Below are positions 58,161 to 64,000 of a DNA stretch of 64,000 nucleotides, piece after piece. Origin of the DNA: Dehalococcoidia bacterium (lineage in GTDB: Bacteria > Chloroflexota > Dehalococcoidia > DSTF01 > CAZFGZ01). Numbering within the stretch: the stretch's first letter is position 1; each line of letters opens with the position of its first letter. The stretch covers positions 11,221-75,220 of the forward strand of contig JBAUEL010000110.1 of NCBI GenBank assembly GCA_049678585.1, read 5' to 3'. A model generated the notes under the pieces. It searched no databases, was not told where the DNA came from, and was given only the letters and a program-made list of their open reading frames with translations. The translations under genes were made by a program, and so were the position numbers.

Positions 58161-59423
58161 GTGTACGCCTTGGTGGTAGGCATCAGCTACAAGACCGCCC
58201 CCGTGGAGGTGCGGGAGCGCTTCGCCTTCGGGACGGAGGATCTGCCTAGGGCGCTTCCGCGGCTAGGCCGAGAGTTCGGGGGCGCGGCCATCCTCTCCAC
58301 CTGCAACCGCACGGAGGTGTACGTGACAGCATCGCAGGCCCTGACGGATGCCCGGCCGGTGCTGCGGGTGCTGGCCGAGCTGAAGGGCGCCTGCGGACCT
58401 CGCATCGATGCCTCCTATATGTACAACGGCAGCGAGGCGGCCCGTCACCTCTTTCGGGTGGCAGCGGGGGTCGAGTCAATGGTGCTGGGCGAAGCGGAGA
58501 TCCTGGGTCAGGTGCGGACGGCCTTCGCGGCGGCTATGGCGGCAGGCACCTCCGACCCTTTGCTCTCGCGGCTGTTCCGCTCGGCCATCCGGGTAGGTCG
58601 GAGGGCCCGCAGCCAGACGAACATCAGCCGCCATGCCGTATCGGTCAGTTCCACGGCGGTGTCTTTGGCCCGCCGGACCCTGGGTGACCTGGCCTCCCGC
58701 ACCGTGCTGGTGGTGAGCGCAGGCGAGGCGGGCAAGCTGACCGCGCGCAACCTGGCGGAGCGAGGAGCCTCGCGCATCCTGGTGACCAGCCGGACCTTCG
58801 ACCGGGCTGTACAGCTTGCCGCCGATCTCGGCGGCACCGCCGTGCCCTTCGAGGGCCTGGGGGAGGCGCTGGCCCGGTCGGACATCATCATTACCTCCAC
58901 GGGGGCCCCGAGCTTCCTCATCGGGCCGGAGCTGATGGGGGAAGTGGTGGCCCAGCGCGACGCCCGGCCCCTGCTGCTCATCGACATAGCGGTCCCCAGG
59001 GACGTGGACCCGGCGGTGCGGGAGTTGCCGCACGTGCACCTATACGACATCGATGACCTCCGGGCGGTCTCGGAGGAGAACCTGGAGGCGCGTCAGCGAG
59101 AGGTGGAGAAGGTGGAGGCCCTGGTAGAGGAGGAGATGGTGCGCTTCAGCGAGTGGTGGCGCTCCCGGGGGGTCATCCCCACGGTAGCGGCGCTGCGGGA
59201 GAGGGCCGAGCAGATCCGGCGGGAGGAAGTGGCGCGTACCCTGAGGCGGCTGCCGGACCTCTCGGAGGAGGAGCGGCGGCGGGTGGAGGCCATGGCCTCG
59301 GCCATCGTCAAGAAGCTGCTGCACGCTCCCATCGTCTACCTAAAGTCCTCGGGCGATGCCGAGCGTCATACCTCCGCCCTGCGCGAGCTGTTCGACCTGG
59401 ACCGGCCCGCCACGGAGGAGTGA
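58161..59423 (+). CDS. hemA: Glutamyl-tRNA reductase
   Basis: VVGISYKTAPVEVRERFAF ... ILSTCNRTEVY (catalytic Cys), plus an NADPH-binding domain and a C-terminal dimerisation helix. GTG start. Confidence 0.9.
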   Translation: MYALVVGISYKTAPVEVRERFAFGTEDLPRALPRLGREFGGAAILSTCNRTEVYVTASQALTDARPVLRVLAELKGACGPRIDASYMYNGSEAARHLFRVAAGVESMVLGEAEILGQVRTAFAAAMAAGTSDPLLSRLFRSAIRVGRRARSQTNISRHAVSVSSTAVSLARRTLGDLASRTVLVVSAGEAGKLTARNLAERGASRILVTSRTFDRAVQLAADLGGTAVPFEGLGEALARSDIIITSTGAPSFLIGPELMGEVVAQRDARPLLLIDIAVPRDVDPAVRELPHVHLYDIDDLRAVSEENLEARQREVEKVEALVEEEMVRFSEWWRSRGVIPTVAALRERAEQIRREEVARTLRRLPDLSEEERRRVEAMASAIVKKLLHAPIVYLKSSGDAERHTSALRELFDLDRPATEE

Positions 59424-59424
59424 G

Positions 59425-60351
59425 GTGCGCGATCCGCTGGTAAGGGTCGGCAGCCGGGGCAGTCAGCTAGCCCTGCGCCAGACTGAGCAGGTGGTGGCGG
59501 CGCTGCGGCGCTTCCATCCGGGCGTTGAGTTCCGGGTGTACCCGGTGCGCACAGAGGGCGATCGCCGCGCGCGAGCGCCTCTGTCCCGCATCGGCGGCCA
59601 GGGTGTGTTCGTTCGCGAGCTGGAGGCGCGGCTGGCAACAGGCGAGGTGGACCTGGCGGTGCACAGCCTCAAGGACGTGCCCACGGAGCTGGCTCTGGGC
59701 TTGACCCTGGCGGCCGTTCCCGCGCGGGAGGACCCCGGCGATGCCCTGGTGAGCCGCCGGGGCCTGCGCCTGGCCGAGCTGCCGGCGGGCGCGCGGGTGG
59801 GCACAGGGAGCGCTCGACGGGCCGTGCAGGCGCGGGCCTTGCGGCCGGACCTGGAGTACGTCGATATAAGGGGCAACGTGGACACCCGCCTGCGGCGGGT
59901 GCGCGAAGGCTCAGTAGACGCGGTCATCCTGGCGGCGGCGGGACTGGCCCGCCTGGGCCGGCTGGGGGAGGCGGCGGAGGTGCTGGACGTCGAGACGATG
60001 CTACCCGCGGCCGGGCAGGGCGCCCTGGCGGTGGAGGCGCGGACTGACGACGCCGAGCTCTGCGCCTTGGTCGCCCCGCTGGAAGATCGGGAGACGCGGG
60101 CGGCGGCAGAGGCGGAGCGAGCCTTCCTCCGGCGCCTGGGGGCCGGCTGTCGGCTGCCCGTGGGAGCCCTCGGCGAGGTGGGGGGTCCGACCCTGCGCCT
60201 GCGCGCCCTCATCGCCGACGGGCAGGGAGAGCGCATCCTGCGCGAGGAGCTGACCGGTCGCCCCGAGGAGGCCGAGGCCCTGGGAACTCGCCTGGCCGAG
60301 AGGCTGCTTGCCCTGGGCGCGGACGAGTTCATGGCGGAGTCAGTGCGGTGA
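59425..60351 (+). CDS. hemC: Hydroxymethylbilane synthase (porphobilinogen deaminase)
   Basis: VRVGSRGSQLALRQT ... AVHSLKDVPT ... dipyrromethane cofactor Cys in GAGCRLPVG. GTG start at 59425 with RBS GGAGGAG directly after the hemA stop. Confidence 0.9.
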   Translation: MRDPLVRVGSRGSQLALRQTEQVVAALRRFHPGVEFRVYPVRTEGDRRARAPLSRIGGQGVFVRELEARLATGEVDLAVHSLKDVPTELALGLTLAAVPAREDPGDALVSRRGLRLAELPAGARVGTGSARRAVQARALRPDLEYVDIRGNVDTRLRRVREGSVDAVILAAAGLARLGRLGEAAEVLDVETMLPAAGQGALAVEARTDDAELCALVAPLEDRETRAAAEAERAFLRRLGAGCRLPVGALGEVGGPTLRLRALIADGQGERILREELTGRPEEAEALGTRLAERLLALGADEFMAESVR

Positions 60352-61877
60352 AGGCATCGGGCAAGGTATGGCTGGTGGGGGCGGGCCCGGGTGACCCTGG
60401 GCTCCTCACGCTGGCGGGCGCGGCCTGCCTGGCCCGGGCAGAGGTGGTGTTGTACGACCGCCTGGTACACCCTCGCCTGCTCGACCTCGCCCCTGCCGGG
60501 GCCGAGCGCATCTACGTGGGCAAGCAGGCGGGCGGCCACACCCTCACCCAGGACGAGATCAACGCCCTCCTGGTGGCCAGGGCGTGCGAAGGGAAGCGGG
60601 TCGTGCGGCTGAAGGGCGGCGACCCCTACGTGTTCGGACGCGGGGGCGAGGAGGCCGAGGCGCTGGTCGCTGCGGGCGTCCCCTTCGAGGTGGTGCCGGG
60701 CGTGACCTCGGCGGTGGCCGCGCCGGCCTATGCGGGCATCCCTGTGACCCATCGGGGGCTGGCGTCGTCTGTGGCCGTGGTCACCGGCCACGAGGATGCG
60801 GCCAAGGAGGAGTCAAGCATCGACTGGGCGAGGCTGGCTACCGGCGTGGACACCCTGGTGCTGCTGATGGGCGTGGCCAACCTGCCCGACATCGCCGAGC
60901 AGCTCGTGCGGCACGGCCGGCCCCCCGAGACTCCGGCCGCCGTCATCGAGTGGGGGACGCTACCGCGGCAGCGCACGGTGTCGGGCACGCTCGGGGACAT
61001 CGCCCGGCGGGCCGCCGAGGCGGGCCTGCAGCCGCCCGCGGTGACGGTAGTAGGCGAGGTGGCCGGCCTGCGCGAGACCCTGCGCTGGTTCGACAATCGC
61101 CCTCTCTTCGGGAAGCGGGTGCTGGTGACGCGCACCCGGCGGCAGGCGAGCGCCCTCTCGCAGGCCCTGGCCGAGGCGGGTGCGGAGCCCATCGAGCTGC
61201 CCACCATCGAGATCGAGCCGCGGGCCGACCCCGGCGCGGTGCAGGCAGCCCTCGACGCCCTGCGGGCCGGAGCATACGCCTGGGCCCTCTTCACCAGCGC
61301 CAACGGCGTGGAGCTGTTCTTCGGGCACCTGCGGGAGCGGGGCCTGGACGCTCGCGCCTTCGGCTCGGCTATGGTGGCGGCCATCGGCCCCGGCACCGCC
61401 GAGGCTCTGGCCGGCGAGGGCATTGCGGCGGACCTGGTGCCGGAGGATTTCTTGGCCGAGGGGCTGCTCCGAGCGCTGGCCGAACATGAGATGGCAGACC
61501 GGCGGGTGCTCGTGCCGAGGGCGGAGGGCGCGCGGCGCGAGCTGATCGAGGGGCTGGAGGCCCAAGGCGCCCGGGTGGACGAGCTGACCCTGTACCGCTC
61601 GGCGGTACCGCGCGAGCCGGACGCCGAGGGCCTGCGACGCCTGCGGGCGGGCGAGCTGGACATCGTGACCTTTGCCAGCTCCTCGGCGGTGCGCAACCTC
61701 GCGGAAATGCTAGGCGACAACCCGGAGCCGCTGCGGCGGCCCCTCATCGCCTGCATCGGGCCGGTCACGGCGCAGGCGGCGGAGGAGCTTGGCTTGACCG
61801 TCGGGCTCGTATCGGAGGAGCATACCATCCCGGGGCTGGTGCGTGCGCTGGAGGAGAAGTATCGGTCGGAAGGATAG
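60348..61877 (+). CDS. cobA/hemD: Bifunctional uroporphyrinogen-III C-methyltransferase / uroporphyrinogen-III synthase fusion
   Basis: N-terminal SUMT (VWLVGAGPGDPGLLTL ... VVRLKGGDPYVFGRGGEE ... GVPFEVVPGVTSA). C-terminal HemD-like domain (KRVLVTRTRRQASALSQALAEAGAEPIELPTIEI ...). The GTG start overlaps the hemC stop (GTGA). Confidence 0.85.
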   Translation: MKASGKVWLVGAGPGDPGLLTLAGAACLARAEVVLYDRLVHPRLLDLAPAGAERIYVGKQAGGHTLTQDEINALLVARACEGKRVVRLKGGDPYVFGRGGEEAEALVAAGVPFEVVPGVTSAVAAPAYAGIPVTHRGLASSVAVVTGHEDAAKEESSIDWARLATGVDTLVLLMGVANLPDIAEQLVRHGRPPETPAAVIEWGTLPRQRTVSGTLGDIARRAAEAGLQPPAVTVVGEVAGLRETLRWFDNRPLFGKRVLVTRTRRQASALSQALAEAGAEPIELPTIEIEPRADPGAVQAALDALRAGAYAWALFTSANGVELFFGHLRERGLDARAFGSAMVAAIGPGTAEALAGEGIAADLVPEDFLAEGLLRALAEHEMADRRVLVPRAEGARRELIEGLEAQGARVDELTLYRSAVPREPDAEGLRRLRAGELDIVTFASSSAVRNLAEMLGDNPEPLRRPLIACIGPVTAQAAEELGLTVGLVSEEHTIPGLVRALEEKYRSEG

Positions 61878-61887
61878 GAGGCGGCTG

Positions 61888-62298
61888 ATGGCACCCGAGA
61901 CAACCCTTCGCCTGACCCATGTGCGCCTGCTGGTCAAGGACTTCGCGGCCTGCTTTCGCTTCTACCGCGACGTGCTGGGATTCGAGGTGCTGTGGGGCGA
62001 GGAGAAGGGCCGCTACGCCGACTTCCGCGCCGGCGACGCCATCGTGGCCCTCTACAAGCGCGGTCTGATGGCTGAGGCAGTGGGGGAGGCGGAGAAGCCG
62101 TCGGAGGCCGAGGCGCAGGACCGGGCCGCCCTCATCTTCGCCGTCGAGGACGTGGACGCAACGTACGAGAGCCTGAAGACGAAGGGCGTGACATTCGTTA
62201 CGGAGCCGACGGACCGGCCGGACTGGGGCATCCGCGCGGCCCACTTCCGCGACCCCGACGGCAATCTGCTGGAGATCTACAGGGACCTGGGGGCGTGA
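61888..62298 (+). CDS. VOC-family (glyoxalase/bleomycin-resistance/dioxygenase fold) protein
   Basis: LTHVRLLVKDFAACFRFYRDVLGFEV ... HFRDPDGNLLEIY. RBS GGAGG precedes ATG 61888. Confidence 0.7.
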   Translation: MAPETTLRLTHVRLLVKDFAACFRFYRDVLGFEVLWGEEKGRYADFRAGDAIVALYKRGLMAEAVGEAEKPSEAEAQDRAALIFAVEDVDATYESLKTKGVTFVTEPTDRPDWGIRAAHFRDPDGNLLEIYRDLGA

Positions 62299-62377
62299 GG
62301 GTGAGCTGCAGGCGGGGCATGCCGTGCGGAGCCTGACGAAGGCGCCACGGGAACGGTTTCTAGACAAGGGATAGAAA

Positions 62378-63019
62378 ATGCGGACTAAGACACTACTGCC
62401 TGCAGTTTCGTTCGAGCGACTGTTCAAGACGGGTCACGGGCCTAGAGACAAGTTCCTATCCCGCCTTTTTGGCATATTCGGTGAAGAGATTGTTCGAGTG
62501 TGGTCTCGCTGTAGACAGGCGCCTTATGAAGACATTGGGCGGCCCACAGTCAAACGTCCCGGCGAATCGAGAGGCAAGACTCTAGACTTCACCTTCAAAT
62601 CCCGGACGGATGGCCGGCTCTTCGTCGGTGAGATGAAGTGTGAGCTGGAGTTTGAGAACTATCGCTACCTAAGATTGACCGACCACTGGCAACTGGATCA
62701 CCACAGAACTGATGCCTTCCTGCGGTTCCGTGACCTAGCACGAAATCCTGAGGCCTACAGTGTCACTGTGAATGGGAAGCATGTTTCGCCTGCAGGAGCG
62801 ATCCTGGTTTGGGGCAGCGTTACAAGCGAAGGGCGAAGCGATGTAAAGCAAGCTACCGACGTGGCGGATGTCCTATCAGTGGAGGACATGATTGGTGACC
62901 TGCTCGTGTGGAATTCTGTAGAGTACAAGACATTCATCCAGGCACGGGGCCAGTGGTGTGGGGATTTGTTTGGCATACTTGCGGGACGCGGCCAGCCAAT
63001 TAGAGAGGTTCCATCATGA
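62378..63019 (+). CDS. Hypothetical protein encoded in a low-GC island, with a possible PD-(D/E)xK nuclease-like motif
   Basis: 213-aa ORF with clearly lower GC than its neighbours (about 50% vs about 70% by eye). It uses AGA, AAA, ATA and TTT codons that are rare elsewhere in the window. It has a candidate D...E-x-K motif (TLDFTF ... LFVGEMKCE). Its stop overlaps the hemB ATG. Confidence 0.5.
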   Translation: MRTKTLLPAVSFERLFKTGHGPRDKFLSRLFGIFGEEIVRVWSRCRQAPYEDIGRPTVKRPGESRGKTLDFTFKSRTDGRLFVGEMKCELEFENYRYLRLTDHWQLDHHRTDAFLRFRDLARNPEAYSVTVNGKHVSPAGAILVWGSVTSEGRSDVKQATDVADVLSVEDMIGDLLVWNSVEYKTFIQARGQWCGDLFGILAGRGQPIREVPS

Positions 63020-64000
63020 CCACCAGTACCCTCCCGCTCGTTCTCCGCCGCTTCCGGCGGCTGCGGCGGACGGAGGCGCTGCGCGAGCTCGCCCGCGAGA
63101 CGCGGCTCTCGGCGCAGGACTTCGTCTATCCGCTGTTCGTCAGGCACGGGTCGGGCGTGCGCGAGGAGATCACGTCGATGCCCGGCCAGTATCACCTCTC
63201 GCTGGACCAGCTCGCCGCGGAGGCCGAGGAGCTGCGCTCGCTGGGCATCCCTGCGGTCCTCCTGTTCGGCCTGCCCGCGGCCAAGGACGAGGTGGGCTCG
63301 GAGGCCTACGCCGAGGACGGGATCGTCCAGCGGGCGGTGCGCGCGCTCAAGGACACCGCACCCGACCTGGCCGTCATCACCGACGTCTGCCTCTGCGAGT
63401 ACACCAGCCACGGCCACTGCGGCGTGGTCGTGAACGGCGAGGTGGACAACGACGCCACCCTGGAGCTGCTGACGCGCACGGCCGTCTCCCACGCCCGCGC
63501 CGGCGCCGACATGGTGGCGCCGTCAGACATGATGGACGGTCGGGTGGCCGCCATCCGGCGCGCCCTCGACGAGGGGGGCTTCGCTCAGACGCCCATCCTG
63601 GCCTACGCGGCCAAGTACGCCTCGGCCTTCTACGGCCCCTTCAGGGAGGCCGCGGAGTCGGCGCCCGCCTTCGGGGACCGTCGCGGCTACCAGATGGACC
63701 CGCCCAACGTGCGGGAGGCCCTGCGGGAGATGGAGGCGGACCTCCAGGAAGGGGCGGATATCCTCATGGTAAAGCCCGCCCTGGCCTACCTGGACGTGCT
63801 GGCGCGGGCCAGGCAGCGCTTCGAGGTGCCCCTGGCGGCCTACAACGTGTCGGGGGAGTACGCGATGGTGAAGGCGGCGGCCGCTCAGGGCTGGCTCGAG
63901 GGCCCGCGGGTGGCCCTGGAGATACTCACGGCCATCAAGCGAGCCGGCGCCGATATCATCATCACCTATCACGCGAAGGAGGCGGCCCGCTGGCTGCGCG
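63016..64000 (+). CDS. hemB: Porphobilinogen synthase (delta-aminolevulinate dehydratase), 3'-truncated by the window end
   Basis: N-terminal [29 protein letters not shown]. Zn-binding Cys triad [33 protein letters not shown] active-site region. The frame is open to position 64000. Confidence 0.85.
   Translation, partial: MTTSTLPLVLRRFRRLRRTEALRELARETRLSAQDFVYPLFVRHGSGVREEITSMPGQYHLSLDQLAAEAEELRSLGIPAVLLFGLPAAKDEVGSEAYAEDGIVQRAVRALKDTAPDLAVITDVCLCEYTSHGHCGVVVNGEVDNDATLELLTRTAVSHARAGADMVAPSDMMDGRVAAIRRALDEGGFAQTPILAYAAKYASAFYGPFREAAESAPAFGDRRGYQMDPPNVREALREMEADLQEGADILMVKPALAYLDVLARARQRFEVPLAAYNVSGEYAMVKAAAAQGWLEGPRVALEILTAIKRAGADIIITYHAKEAARWLR

Overview
This window is high-GC bacterial chromosome, roughly 68-70% GC by eye. 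GTG, TTG and possibly CTG starts are frequent, and many adjacent genes overlap by 4 nt (ATGA or GTGA) in a way that suggests translational coupling. The gene content looks like an Actinobacteria- or Chloroflexota (Thermomicrobia)-type genome: an F420-type PPOX enzyme, an actinobacterial-type xylose isomerase and a tungsten aldehyde:ferredoxin oxidoreductase (AOR). I cannot assign the taxon from sequence alone.

Left to right, the window contains:
- (a) a large secreted peptidase with a PKD domain, truncated at the window edge;
- (b) a 1321-aa nucleotide cyclase with two cyclase homology domains fused to a P-loop/STAND-like ATPase and TPR repeats;
- (c) a first envelope-glycosylation module: a methyltransferase, a GT1, a GT-C-like polytopic membrane protein, a second methyltransferase and a UPF0104 (MprF-type) flippase-like protein;
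- (d) an L-rhamnose utilisation block: GH78 rhamnosidase, L-rhamnose isomerase, tungsten AOR and a class II aldolase;
- (e) a second, paralogous glycosylation module: a GT2 polyprenol-phosphate sugar synthase, a GT1, a Gfo/Idh/MocA oxidoreductase, a GT-C-like paralog and a UPF0104 paralog;
- (f) a membrane HD-GYP c-di-GMP phosphodiesterase followed by a secreted DNRLRE-domain protein;
- (g) a phosphotriesterase-family hydrolase, an amidase, convergent xylB and xylA, and a CoA-binding ligase-like protein;
- (h) a Wzx/Wzy-type polysaccharide locus of about 16 kb with gmd and fcl (GDP-L-fucose), five GT1 genes, two methyltransferases, a decayed GT1 fragment, an initiating phosphoglycosyl transferase and an epimerase with a Cys-rich insertion;
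- (i) a tetrapyrrole operon: HTH regulator, radical SAM/SPASM (NirJ/AhbC/AhbD-like), precorrin-2 dehydrogenase, hemA, hemC, cobA-hemD, then a VOC gene and a low-GC foreign ORF with a PD-(D/E)xK-like motif, then hemB.

I saw no rRNA, tRNA or CRISPR array. The many long antisense ORFs are the usual high-GC artefacts.
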